From a virus (Duplodnaviria > Caudoviricetes), in the IMG/VR virus record IMGVR_UViG_3300043567_000723: DNA of 64,000 nucleotides; one strand, written 5' to 3'. A program made the translations under genes and the position numbers. The notes under the pieces are model-generated. The model ran no database searches and had not been told where the DNA came from. It was given only the letters and a program-made list of their open reading frames with translations. Below, piece after piece: positions 17,331 to 27,064 of this stretch (its first letter is position 1; each line of letters begins with the position of its first letter).

Positions 17331-17543
17331 GTGAGGAGCGACCCCAACGACTGCGACGAGACCGTCCTTTTGACCGCCGAGGTGCGGCGATTGCAGGCGA
17401 TTATCGCCGCAAGTGATCCTGTACTCACCGACGAGGAGCGGTTCGTCTTGCGAGAGGCGCGAGACTTTTACGCCGACGTTGACGATGTCAGGTGCAACGA
17501 AATAGCGGCGGTCATCGACGGGCTGCTGGAGCGCACAAAATGA
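17331..17543 (+). CDS. LTDEERE-family small protein, copy 6
   Basis: VLTDEERFVL...IDGLLERTK; GTG start chosen. Confidence 0.65.
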   Translation: MRSDPNDCDETVLLTAEVRRLQAIIAASDPVLTDEERFVLREARDFYADVDDVRCNEIAAVIDGLLERTK

Positions 17544-18151
17544 ACGCCGACATCCCGACGTTTCGCTGCTGGGTCAGACTTCCGCACATTTCTCGCCGTG
17601 ACGGTGTTGAGGAAGCGTATGCCTTTGCAGTTCAAAGCGTTAAGGGGCGGGCGTTAGGATTTCATTGCATGCTCAAGTCAGGTGCGCATTATAGAAACGT
17701 GCCGATTCACGCGCTGTCTTTGTACCCCGAAGTTCCAGAGCGCCGGTTAGGCGATTTGCAACTTTGGGATTGTTTTTCAAGCAAACCAGTTGTCCATGTC
17801 TTTGATTACCTCTGCAACCATGAGTGCATCTGCTACTTGAGAAGCGGCGAACAGGCGGAAGGAACATACCAATTCACTGTAGATTGGCTGCCTGATTCGC
17901 GAGAGTCGCCCGGGTTTGTGCTGCGCCCGGAGCAAAACAAATGCGCGCATATTATTGCCTTGGCAGATGGCAACATTTGCGCTCTGCCGACAAACCGGAT
18001 CGCGTGGCGGGATGCGTATTTTATTGGCCGGAACCCAGACCCGAAGTCGGCAGGATATTTAGTGCAGGATCTTGTCTACCAAGCAGAAGATTCTCGCTGG
18101 GATTTCAGCGGAGACGACGGCGGGTATATGTATGAACCAAAACAAATCTAA
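17540..18151 (+). CDS. Conserved phage hypothetical protein
   Basis: FHC.L..GA....VPIHAL, LQLWDCFS, Y.FTVDW, KC.H...L..G....P.NRI.W. Confidence 0.75.
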   Translation: MNADIPTFRCWVRLPHISRRDGVEEAYAFAVQSVKGRALGFHCMLKSGAHYRNVPIHALSLYPEVPERRLGDLQLWDCFSSKPVVHVFDYLCNHECICYLRSGEQAEGTYQFTVDWLPDSRESPGFVLRPEQNKCAHIIALADGNICALPTNRIAWRDAYFIGRNPDPKSAGYLVQDLVYQAEDSRWDFSGDDGGYMYEPKQI

Positions 18152-18256
18152 AAATTGCAACGCTCCGCGCGTTGTTGAATCGTTTGATAACGCAGACATT
18201 AAATAATGCTGTGTCCGGTATAAACGACACAAACAAACACAGGTGAAAGATTCCCT

Positions 18257-19342
18257 TTGAGTGTATTTGATTTTGTTGCGCATGTTCGGCGCTACAAGTT
18301 GCGCCCGTGGCGTGTAGCACGCGTTGGTCGACGAATGTCGCAGACGTTTGCGCAACAATTCGGGCTGCACTTAGATAGCATAAAAAGCTACAAAGTAGTT
18401 GTGGCGCGTACAAATGCTGTACGCAATAAATGGGCGATGCGGTTGAAAGAACTGGCTTCGAGAAACCTATGGTTTCCGCATTCAAAAAACCTGAACCCGT
18501 ATTCCGCCGATTTTGACCTTAAAAAATTTACGCTTACGTTTCAGCGTTGTTTATTCTGCCGCCCGTCGTATTTGTATTTTTTCTGGAAGCGTACAAAAGT
18601 TTTTAGGCCGTGTAACCGATCGTACTTCTGTCCGTTTTGTTTTGCTCGCGTCAGTCAGGCGCAGTACGTTCACGTGCGCAAAAAAATACGGGCTATTGGC
18701 AATCAGAACTCCAGTACGCCACTTATTGCCACATGTCGCGTAACCAGTCGGTTTTTGCCGGCGCCTGACTTTGATCTGATATCTGGCTGCGACAACGATA
18801 AAGTCTCGGAGTACTCGCGGTTGTTATGGGGCGAGTTACGGCGAGAGCGTGCCGCGTATCAAAAACTAGTTAAACAATTGAATCGAAAAACGCGCGGATC
18901 TATGTGGCGGCTAGTTGTAGTGCCGCAAGACACCGGCTGGATTATTGAGACGCGTCAATTTCTGTTGCATCAGCCAAAAATAAAGATGCCGTTTGTGCGA
19001 CCCAAGAATGGCAAAGTGGTGTACCTGAAATCTATCAAAGCCGCTGTTTGCTATAACCAGTCCGACACAGAATTTTATTTTATGCTGGGGCAGTTCAATC
19101 GGTATCCAGTCGAGCTATTGACTGGCTACGCTGAATTGACCGCGGCATATCTGCGCGCCGTCGACGGGATGCACACTATTTCAGGTACCGGTATTTTTCG
19201 CCGGGCTGGGCGGTCGCTTGTTGAGCTTTTCAAAGCGAGGCACGAAACACATGGCGAAGGCGAGAAGAGGCAGAAAAACAACGTACGCCCAGTACCGGCG
19301 GAAAATGCTGCACGACGATCAGCCGTGGCGTCAGCGCCTTGA
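18257..19342 (+). CDS. Basic Zn-finger protein, possibly a degenerate HUH Rep/IS91-like fold
   Basis: CLFC and C...FCPFC; Arg/Lys-rich; no intact HUH motif. Confidence 0.55.
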   Translation: MSVFDFVAHVRRYKLRPWRVARVGRRMSQTFAQQFGLHLDSIKSYKVVVARTNAVRNKWAMRLKELASRNLWFPHSKNLNPYSADFDLKKFTLTFQRCLFCRPSYLYFFWKRTKVFRPCNRSYFCPFCFARVSQAQYVHVRKKIRAIGNQNSSTPLIATCRVTSRFLPAPDFDLISGCDNDKVSEYSRLLWGELRRERAAYQKLVKQLNRKTRGSMWRLVVVPQDTGWIIETRQFLLHQPKIKMPFVRPKNGKVVYLKSIKAAVCYNQSDTEFYFMLGQFNRYPVELLTGYAELTAAYLRAVDGMHTISGTGIFRRAGRSLVELFKARHETHGEGEKRQKNNVRPVPAENAARRSAVASAP

Positions 19343-20438
19343 GTATGTTTGTGCGCAGCTTTTTAACAGCAGTACGTACTATTTTGCCCGCGGCATCGAA
19401 TTAGACGTAACGCACGTTAAAAAAGTTTTAACTAGCGAGCGCAGCGTCACGGTTAAATTCTTAGCGCAGGTTTTAAGTCACACGGCTGTTCGAGCTGACT
19501 GGTTAATTTGGGGCAACGGCCCTATGCTGTACGCTGAGACTCCGGGCGTATTATCTGTTCCGGCAGATTTTCAAAGTCTGTACCCGGTTTTTAATACGCT
19601 TACTGCAACCATTCCACCGGTGCAAATTATGCCGCTAGCACCAATAGACACGCACACCGAGTTGTCAAAAAACCATGTTGCAGCAGCAAACGCTATTCAC
19701 ACCGCTCGTTGCGCGAATAGTCGCGTAATGTTGTTTGTTAGCGCGCCGGCCGTATACGCTGGCGCTGGTATTGTCGCTGCAGACATGTTGCGCAAAAAAT
19801 ACCTCACGTCTGTTTCAACAACCGGCACAGGTTTGCTGGCTGATATTGAAATGGCTCAAACGCCGCAGACAGTTGATTTGAATTACGTGGCGCGGTTAGC
19901 TGCAGGGCAGGGCGTTGGCTATGGCGAAGCTGTTGGCCGCTGGGCGTTCAATGCAAAAGATATCAAAACGCGCAGTTTGTTCTATACGGCGTATTCGCTT
20001 GGTGTGCCGGCTACGGCGCACGTAGAGATGGGCGAACTACGCGCGCATACTGGACCGTCGGCCCGCGGCGCTGAGTTAGGCGCGGCTATCGGCGCCGCGA
20101 GCTATACCGACTTGCTGGTATTCACAGAACAAGTCCGGCAGCTGTGTGAAACAACAACCGGCGTGTTCATTTTTGTCGGCGACACTGGCCGCGGCTTGCA
20201 GTTGTTCTTGCAGGCTCGCGCAGCAGCTGCAGGAACCGCAAATGAGTTTATTGCAATTTTTATTGACAGCTACGTTCAACCTGAAACACAAGACTACGTT
20301 AAAAGTCAGGGAGGACAAAGCTACACACTGACTGGTACATACCGGTCAAACTTGTCAAATCTTTTACGCGCATGCGACGCTATTTTTAGCGGAAAGAATC
20401 CACATGATGATCAAACAGCAATTATCGACAATTGTTAG
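19251..20438 (+). CDS. XRE-type HTH fused to a deoxyhypusine-synthase-like domain
   Basis: N-terminal HTH ending WLIWGNGPM; C-terminal G.GYGEAVGR, SL..TAY..GVPATAHV..G, G.A.G.AS..D...F...V..L..GV. Confidence 0.6.
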   Translation: MAKARRGRKTTYAQYRRKMLHDDQPWRQRLEYVCAQLFNSSTYYFARGIELDVTHVKKVLTSERSVTVKFLAQVLSHTAVRADWLIWGNGPMLYAETPGVLSVPADFQSLYPVFNTLTATIPPVQIMPLAPIDTHTELSKNHVAAANAIHTARCANSRVMLFVSAPAVYAGAGIVAADMLRKKYLTSVSTTGTGLLADIEMAQTPQTVDLNYVARLAAGQGVGYGEAVGRWAFNAKDIKTRSLFYTAYSLGVPATAHVEMGELRAHTGPSARGAELGAAIGAASYTDLLVFTEQVRQLCETTTGVFIFVGDTGRGLQLFLQARAAAAGTANEFIAIFIDSYVQPETQDYVKSQGGQSYTLTGTYRSNLSNLLRACDAIFSGKNPHDDQTAIIDNC

Positions 20439-21549
20439 GAAGTTTTTGAATGATTTTGAAGGCGTAGATACAGCACACAAACTTGTCCTTGCCGCTTGTA
20501 CGTTAGAGTTATTTCGGCAGGCGCAGACTCCAGAAAAACGTGCGCCCTTTTTTCGGGCATTGTCTGAGTTTGCAAAAAATGCTCACGATGTAAATTGGGG
20601 CGCTGTTCCGTTTTCGTTTACAAAATACGCGCTGACAGACGGCCGCCGGGTTGCCGTGGAGTATGGCGCAGATCCCGAGCAGATCGACGACATCTTGATT
20701 GAGGCGTTAGCCGTATTTTCAGATTTAATCTGTGACGGCTTTGCAGATTCGGATGTAAAACCCGAAGCGCTTTTTGACGCCGTTATCGCTGAACTAACAG
20801 AAGCAAAAAAGACGCAGACGGTAAAGACAAAATTTAATGCTCCCGAGATTCACGCAGAGCGTATGTTGTCGCGAGTATTTAAACCGGCTGAGTTCACAGA
20901 CGACGTTGCAAAAAAGTCTGGCGCAAGCCTTGTGACCTTTCGAGACAGTCTCCCAAACGGCGATCCCGGCCCGTCTTTGCGCGGTATCGCGTTTGACAAC
21001 GGAACGAACCAGTGGCTCGTCTTGCTTGAAACAGGCGAATTCGTGCGCCGGACGAAAGGCGACGAGTCAATTACGGCCACAAACACGGCTGAAGATTATG
21101 CGGCTGTTTGTCCGGCGTTGCTGTTGTTTGTTTACGTTGCCGCCAAAGAACTACATACGTGGGCGATACTAGACGACGCGCAGTATGACTTCATATCAAA
21201 ACAAGCTGGCTTTGGGTCGCTCGTTAAACAGCACGCTGCTGTAGTGGCGCGGCAAGAAATGGTCGCGTCGCTTGAAAACGTTATTGACGCAGCGACCGAA
21301 GACGTTAATCTAGGCTTAACTGGTGCCACGGGGCCACACGGCGCGTCCGTTCGATTTGCGGTCCCCGAGACTGATTTCGTAATTGTGCTTGACGCTATGA
21401 CGTCTACTACAGGCCCATACGTCGTTGCTCGACTTATGCAGCATGAGCGTGTCTTAATGCGGTTGGAACACCCGCGGCAATTCTCTACGCGCGGTGTGTA
21501 TTTGTTCCCGCTTGCCGGCCATGCTGTCTCCCTCACCGTAATTCACTAA
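20404..21549 (+). CDS. Hypothetical protein
   Basis: 381 aa ORF in the operon. Confidence 0.75.
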   Translation: MMIKQQLSTIVRKFLNDFEGVDTAHKLVLAACTLELFRQAQTPEKRAPFFRALSEFAKNAHDVNWGAVPFSFTKYALTDGRRVAVEYGADPEQIDDILIEALAVFSDLICDGFADSDVKPEALFDAVIAELTEAKKTQTVKTKFNAPEIHAERMLSRVFKPAEFTDDVAKKSGASLVTFRDSLPNGDPGPSLRGIAFDNGTNQWLVLLETGEFVRRTKGDESITATNTAEDYAAVCPALLLFVYVAAKELHTWAILDDAQYDFISKQAGFGSLVKQHAAVVARQEMVASLENVIDAATEDVNLGLTGATGPHGASVRFAVPETDFVIVLDAMTSTTGPYVVARLMQHERVLMRLEHPRQFSTRGVYLFPLAGHAVSLTVIH

Positions 21550-21557
21550 GGTATTAA

Positions 21558-21830
21558 ATGACTAACTTTGATTTTGGCGGATTTCTCAATGAAGAAAATC
21601 CCTACGTGCACGAAAACGAAGAGTCTGGTTTTGAAGAGTACTTAACCGTCAAGGCGTTGCTGTGTTTGAAATTTGGCGACGTTCGCGGCGGCGCTATTTA
21701 TCGCATGCTGACGACGTATGCGAAGCGCGCCACGAAAGGCATGTCTGGAGAACCCGGTATTTTGTTTAACGGGGAAGGCGGTGAGTTCGTGAGCTTTAAC
21801 GACAACGCTAGAACCGCTGACGACGAGTAA
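21558..21830 (+). CDS. Hypothetical protein
   Basis: 90 aa ORF with AAGG RBS. Confidence 0.65.
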   Translation: MTNFDFGGFLNEENPYVHENEESGFEEYLTVKALLCLKFGDVRGGAIYRMLTTYAKRATKGMSGEPGILFNGEGGEFVSFNDNARTADDE

Positions 21831-21871
21831 CTTGCATACCGGTCAAACAACACCGCAAGGAACGCGCATAA

Positions 21872-22465
21872 ATGTATTTGTTCTTCGACACGGAAACAGG
21901 TGGTCTAACGCCAGACCATAGCTTGCTGACGTTGTCTGCAATTGTGACCGACGACAAGTTTAATATCATTCCAACGTTAGGTTTTGATCCCGGCGTGTAT
22001 GTGCGCGTGAAATACGCTAATTACGTCGTGCATCCAAAAGCCATGGAAGTCAACGGCATTAAACTAGCTGACAACGACGCAAACGGTTTTACCGTAGCGG
22101 AGACAAAAGAAATTTTTGTGTCGTTTATCAAAGAAGCTTTAGCGACAACTGGCTGCAGAAAATTAATCCCAGCTGGACATAATGTGCCGTTTGATACGCG
22201 GTTTGTCCAAGCGCATTTGCTGCCAGAGCGCGACTGGGGTCTGTACTTCACACATCCGGCTTTTGATACCTGCGCTATTGCGCGGTTGCTGACAGCGGCT
22301 AACGTCATTTCTGGCGGCTGCGGCTTGCCGAAGTTGTGTACCGCTTTTGACATTGATCCCGGAACAGCGCATAACGCCGAAAGTGATAACCTTGCGACCA
22401 TAGAGCTGGCAAAAAAATTCACGGCTATCGTGCCGCCGTCATTAAAAAAACGTAGCGGGATGTAG
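21872..22465 (+). CDS. DEDDh 3'-5' exonuclease (DnaQ-like)
   Basis: FFDTETGG (Exo I), GHNVPFD (Exo II), HNAESD (Exo III). Confidence 0.9.
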   Translation: MYLFFDTETGGLTPDHSLLTLSAIVTDDKFNIIPTLGFDPGVYVRVKYANYVVHPKAMEVNGIKLADNDANGFTVAETKEIFVSFIKEALATTGCRKLIPAGHNVPFDTRFVQAHLLPERDWGLYFTHPAFDTCAIARLLTAANVISGGCGLPKLCTAFDIDPGTAHNAESDNLATIELAKKFTAIVPPSLKKRSGM

Positions 22466-22469
22466 CGGT

Positions 22470-22540
22470 TGCCCGATGGTGTAACGGTAGCACAAGAGAT
22501 TTTGGCTCTCTTAGTCTAGGTTCGAATCCTAGTCGGGCAT
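22470..22540 (+). tRNA. trnQ: tRNA-Gln(UUG), no encoded CCA
   Basis: Acceptor TGCCCGA/TCGGGCA; D arm TGGTGTAACGGTAGCA; anticodon stem AGAGA/TCTCT with loop TT-TTG-GC; T loop GGTTCGAATCC. Confidence 0.92.
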
Positions 22541-22580
22541 TACGGAGGCTGACGGTTGAGTTACGGTAAAGGAGTGCGGT

Positions 22581-22853
22581 GTGAGTGACTTTAATTGGTG
22601 GACAGCGTTGACGGTGTTTGTGGTCTACGTGTTTTTTGACATTCTGTACGCGCTGTACGTGATCTGCGTCAGCCGGCAGCAAGCACTAGCCGCGAGCGCT
22701 ATCAGCGCTGTTTTGTATAGTCTGGGTGCGTACGGTGTCATGAACTATTTGCACAATCCTTGGTATTTGATTCCACTCGCTGTTGGTGCGTTCATTGGCA
22801 CCTACATCGCTGTTCGATATATGGGGAATTTTAACTGCAACAAGGAGGTTTAA
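22581..22853 (+). CDS. Small multi-pass membrane protein
   Basis: AAGGAG RBS, GTG start, three hydrophobic segments. Confidence 0.7.
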   Translation: MSDFNWWTALTVFVVYVFFDILYALYVICVSRQQALAASAISAVLYSLGAYGVMNYLHNPWYLIPLAVGAFIGTYIAVRYMGNFNCNKEV

Positions 22854-22854
22854 A

Positions 22855-23109
22855 ATGACTGGCGCTTTTTTGCGCGTTGAGCGCGACGGCAAGTTTGAAA
22901 ATGTTGAAATTGAACACCTGACAGAAGCAGAACTGGAAGAAAAGTTTTTAACAAGATCGCCAGAAGAATTGGTGAGCTGGTTAAAACTGATGTGTTACGC
23001 ACTGCAAAAGGTTGAGCCGCTGTTGGAGCAATTAGAGCGCGACGGTATTATTCAAAGTATGTCCAAAGAAGAATACGACAAGTTACAGCAGGAAGACGAC
23101 CTGCGATAA
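22855..23109 (+). CDS. Hypothetical protein
   Basis: AAGGAGG RBS before ATG at 22855. Confidence 0.7.
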   Translation: MTGAFLRVERDGKFENVEIEHLTEAELEEKFLTRSPEELVSWLKLMCYALQKVEPLLEQLERDGIIQSMSKEEYDKLQQEDDLR

Positions 23110-23142
23110 TACGCCGCAACCGAAACAACGAATCAAACACAA

Positions 23143-23787
23143 ATGTTCGACCCAAATAAAATAACGCAGGTAGAGCTTGCGTTTATTGGCGCGTATGTTT
23201 CGGCTATGAAACGTGAATACGCTTTGCTGTATTCTGTTTTAGACTTGATGGATCCGCGCAACCTAGCAATTAAAGATGTAGTGTCCGCGGCTAAACTGGC
23301 GCTCGAACTGCAGACTATGCAAAAGTCGTTTGACGAGTCGTTGCACACAATAGGAACAAAGCACGGGTCTAAACTGAAATCTATGACAACTGCGCCATCA
23401 GCAGACGAGCTGGCGGATTTATTTACGTTGTCGTTTTTTAAACTAGTCTCGGCTACATCCAGCGGTAAAAAAGACGACGGCTGGTTTAGCGGTGAGCCGG
23501 GGGCTATGAAGAAGTTTTTTGCGGCGCTTCAAAACATTGAAAATCAAAAATTACCGCAATTGCTTTCTCCGTATTTAGCGGCGGCATTCAAACTATTTGC
23601 GCATAACGCAAAGAAGTATCCTCTGAACGACAACCCGTTAAATCCTTGGATTGTAAATTTACCGCCGCAGACATTTAAGTTCAAAGGACACCTCCTGTAC
23701 GAAAGCGATCAGGAGGAGTACGAGGAAGACGACGAAGATGAAGACGATGATTATTACTACCAATTTGGCGAAGACGACGACAATTAA
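23143..23787 (+). CDS. Hypothetical protein with acidic C-terminal tail
   Basis: 214 aa; ends EEYEEDDEDEDDDYYYQFGEDDDN. Confidence 0.7.
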   Translation: MFDPNKITQVELAFIGAYVSAMKREYALLYSVLDLMDPRNLAIKDVVSAAKLALELQTMQKSFDESLHTIGTKHGSKLKSMTTAPSADELADLFTLSFFKLVSATSSGKKDDGWFSGEPGAMKKFFAALQNIENQKLPQLLSPYLAAAFKLFAHNAKKYPLNDNPLNPWIVNLPPQTFKFKGHLLYESDQEEYEEDDEDEDDDYYYQFGEDDDN

Positions 23788-23796
23788 GGTTTTCTT

Positions 23797-24969
23797 ATGA
23801 CTCCGTTGTTTGTTTTCTGCGCTGATCTTCATTTGGAAGACGGCGCGTGGTCAACGCGGCCGGGTATCTATGGCGACGCGTACTACAGCTTTAAACAGAT
23901 TATCGATTACTGCATTGAATATCGCTTGCCGTTGATTCTGGGCGGCGACGTGCTTGAGAAGAAAAGCAACTCCGCCCGACCTATCGCGAAACTTTGCGAG
24001 GGTCTGACGCGCATGCAGTCAGTTGGTCTAGACGTGTACTATATTCAGGGTAATCACGAGTATGACCGGAATGCGCCGTGGCTAAGCGTTCATTCGTGGC
24101 CCGTGCATATGCACAAGAATACGTACAACATTGGCGGCGCAAACGTATACGGCCTCGACTGGTTACCAAAGGGCGAGATTCAGACAGCTTTTACGGAAGT
24201 CCCAAAAGACACGCACATCTTGATTGTGCATCAGGTCTGGAAAGACTTCATGGGAAACGTAGGCCGCACCGAGTGCGAGCTGACTGACGTGCATCATGTG
24301 CAGACTGTACTGGCCGGCGACTTCCACGTAACAAAGACAGTGGAAAGCACGAACGCGCAGGGCCAGCCAATTAAGATGCTTTCGCCCGGCTCTATTTGCA
24401 TGCAGGACTGCGGAGAAGAAGCCAATAAGTTCTTTTTTGTAATCGGCGCAAATGACGACGGCACGTTTGAATTTCGACCTGTACCGTTGAAGACCAGACG
24501 GTTTCTGGACTACACGGTGAAAGAACAGGAACTGCTCGATAATCTATGCGCCGGCTATTTGACCAATGATATCAAAGACGCGCGGTCGCAGATGCCGCTA
24601 CCTGACGAGATCGCCAAGCCGATCGTGCGTATTAAGTTTAACAAGCAGTTGCCCGACGCGTTTCTAAGACTGACGACAACCATCGGTGACGCAGCGCACG
24701 TCTTTTGCGAGGCGCTTACTAACAAGTACGACGTCGAGAAAAGATCATCAGGCCGCGAGGGTTCTAAGAATGACCTGCTTACGGCCATTGCAGACCTGTT
24801 AGGAGAAGACACTGACGCATACAAACTAGCCGCGGCAATGTTAAACGCGGACGATGCTGGAAAAGAGCTTGATGTACAGTTTTCTAAGTTTATGACGGGA
24901 GAACAAGAAGATGCAGCTCTTGAGACTGGAAGTAAAGAACTGGGTGCACCACCGCTATCGAGTGTGTGA
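23797..24969 (+). CDS. sbcD: SbcD/Mre11-like metallophosphoesterase nuclease
   Basis: AD.H, GGD..E, GNHE, .HQ and GDFH motifs; directly upstream of an SMC-like ATPase. Confidence 0.88.
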   Translation: MTPLFVFCADLHLEDGAWSTRPGIYGDAYYSFKQIIDYCIEYRLPLILGGDVLEKKSNSARPIAKLCEGLTRMQSVGLDVYYIQGNHEYDRNAPWLSVHSWPVHMHKNTYNIGGANVYGLDWLPKGEIQTAFTEVPKDTHILIVHQVWKDFMGNVGRTECELTDVHHVQTVLAGDFHVTKTVESTNAQGQPIKMLSPGSICMQDCGEEANKFFFVIGANDDGTFEFRPVPLKTRRFLDYTVKEQELLDNLCAGYLTNDIKDARSQMPLPDEIAKPIVRIKFNKQLPDAFLRLTTTIGDAAHVFCEALTNKYDVEKRSSGREGSKNDLLTAIADLLGEDTDAYKLAAAMLNADDAGKELDVQFSKFMTGEQEDAALETGSKELGAPPLSSV

Positions 24970-27064
24970 ATTTACTCGCGGGCTGGTGGCAATCCTTGGC
25001 GAAAACGGCTCAGGTAAGAGCAGTCTATTCGGCGCAATCCGCTGGCTGCTAACTGGCGAGAATCCAAACTTTGGCGTAAAAGCCGACAACGTTTCGCAAT
25101 ACGCGAAAGAGGGTGAGCCCTCGTACGCGTGTCTTGAGTTTGAGCATAACGGCCACATTGCCGTTGTAACGCGCCATCTGTTGCCAGAGAAAGAACAGTC
25201 CATTTTAACAGTGGACGGTAAAGAAGTCGGTCGCGGTGACAAGTCAGTCACGGCTGGAATTGAAAAGCTGCTGGGCGTCGACGCCAAGTTCATCAGCCGC
25301 TTCATCATTGTGTCGCAGACCGAGATCTTCTCGTTCATCGACGACAACCAGACTGATACGGATAAATTTTTTCAGCGATTGTTTAACACCGCAAAGGCTG
25401 ACAAGTGTCAGGATGCTATCGGCAAGGGTTTGGCGAAACTGACAATCCCTGAGATTGTGCAGACGCCCGACGAGTTGGCTGAGCAGCGCGACGACCTTGA
25501 GCAGCAAGCAGGTGCGCTATCGGAAAAGATATCAAAACTGCCCAACCCCGATGACCTACTGACACTGATGCGCACCGATCAGGGTGTGATTCAGCAATGG
25601 GAATCTCGCGAGCGTGCGGCGGGTGAGCTGTCGAAGCTCGAACACCAGCTTATGCAGCAACAGAAGCAGCTGGACGCTATTACAGCCGCGACATCGCAGT
25701 ACGAGGCTGATCTGTCGGCGCTGACAGACGCGGCAAACGGGCAGGAAGCATCGCATTCAGCTGCGCGGGCCGCGTTGGGGCACTGGGCAAGTTACAAGAG
25801 CGTGGAAAAGGCCAAGGCAAAGATGCAGGCCACACGAGACGAGATTGCGGATGAACGTGCGCGAAATGTAAAGCCAGTAGAGCCCGGGTTGTTGAAAGCA
25901 GAAGAGATCCGTCGAGACGAAGACGCTAAACGCCGGCAGCTCAAAGAAGTTGAGAAGTTTATAGATATGTTCTCAGCCGAAGGCGTCGCCGAGTGCCCAA
26001 CGTGCCACACACCATCGGCTGCGCTAGCGAAACAGGTATCTGATCAGCAGGCTGATATTCCAAATCTGCGCGAGAAAATCAGTGAGCTAGCTAATGCTGC
26101 TAGCAAGCAGACGGCGATTGAAAAAGACTGGCAGAAGTGGCAGATCCGAGAAAAAGAGATCAACGCCAAAGAGCAGCAGCTTATCTCGTCTGAAAACGAG
26201 CTGTTGGCTGTCAAGCCGCCCGCGGCCAGCGAAGACGAGTTGCAGCAGGCTGTTGTGGACTACGAAGAGTTCCAGCGCGTAAAGAAGGAAATTGAGCCTT
26301 TGGCGCAGAAATCTCGCGAGGACAAGGCTAAGTTCTCAGGCGCGATTAACACGATGCACGACCGAAGGAAACAACTTGAGGACGACATCTCTAATATCGA
26401 CGTAACGCAGTCTGATGCTCATCTGGCGCAGACCCGGCTTAATAAACTTCAGGAACAATTACGGCAGCGCACAGAACTAGCCGACCAGCGAACTCAGATT
26501 TTGTTTGAAAAGAGGCGGGTGGAAGAACAGTACAATAGTGTTAAAGAACAGGAGCAAGTAGCAGCAAAATTGCGGCGGTGGACCGGTGTAGCGGAGATAG
26601 CCCGCGAGGCGTTAAAGAACGCGCCTCGTATGGTAGCGCAGAGAAACCTTCAACGGCTTGAATCAGCAATCAACGAACTGCTGCAGATTTTCAGAGTGAA
26701 TTTCGTCGTAAAGGTTGCTACCGATGGAACGCCCACCTTTATCGCCGAATTCTTCGACGGGCGAAAACAAGTCGCTCAACGATTATCTGTTGGGCAGAAA
26801 ACGGTCTTGGCTCTTGCGTTTCGAGTCGCCGTCAACGCCATGTTCGCCGAGGAGATTGGACTGCTTGCACTGGACGAGCCGACTGCGTCTTTGGATCAAC
26901 CGCGTATTCAGGCTCTCGCGCCTGTTCTAGAAAAACTGCGAGAGCTATCTACGGCAAAAGGGTTGCAATGTTTACTAGTCACTCATGCCACGAACCTATC
27001 CCACCTGTTTGAGTCAGCAATCGAACTAGAAGCGCCGGAGTTACGCCATGTACAGCGTTCTTGA
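24911..27064 (+). CDS. sbcC: SbcC/Rad50-like ATPase
   Basis: Walker A GENGSGKS, long coiled coil with Zn hook CPTC, signature LSVGQ, Walker B LALDEPT, H-loop LVTH. Confidence 0.92.
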   Translation: MQLLRLEVKNWVHHRYRVCEFTRGLVAILGENGSGKSSLFGAIRWLLTGENPNFGVKADNVSQYAKEGEPSYACLEFEHNGHIAVVTRHLLPEKEQSILTVDGKEVGRGDKSVTAGIEKLLGVDAKFISRFIIVSQTEIFSFIDDNQTDTDKFFQRLFNTAKADKCQDAIGKGLAKLTIPEIVQTPDELAEQRDDLEQQAGALSEKISKLPNPDDLLTLMRTDQGVIQQWESRERAAGELSKLEHQLMQQQKQLDAITAATSQYEADLSALTDAANGQEASHSAARAALGHWASYKSVEKAKAKMQATRDEIADERARNVKPVEPGLLKAEEIRRDEDAKRRQLKEVEKFIDMFSAEGVAECPTCHTPSAALAKQVSDQQADIPNLREKISELANAASKQTAIEKDWQKWQIREKEINAKEQQLISSENELLAVKPPAASEDELQQAVVDYEEFQRVKKEIEPLAQKSREDKAKFSGAINTMHDRRKQLEDDISNIDVTQSDAHLAQTRLNKLQEQLRQRTELADQRTQILFEKRRVEEQYNSVKEQEQVAAKLRRWTGVAEIAREALKNAPRMVAQRNLQRLESAINELLQIFRVNFVVKVATDGTPTFIAEFFDGRKQVAQRLSVGQKTVLALAFRVAVNAMFAEEIGLLALDEPTASLDQPRIQALAPVLEKLRELSTAKGLQCLLVTHATNLSHLFESAIELEAPELRHVQRS

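Noticed and set aside
17317-17345. Possible fourth attC-like remnant (gagaaaacgacgtgaggagcg)
   Set aside because: Lacks the GATC L box and any partner arm; the similarity is too weak.
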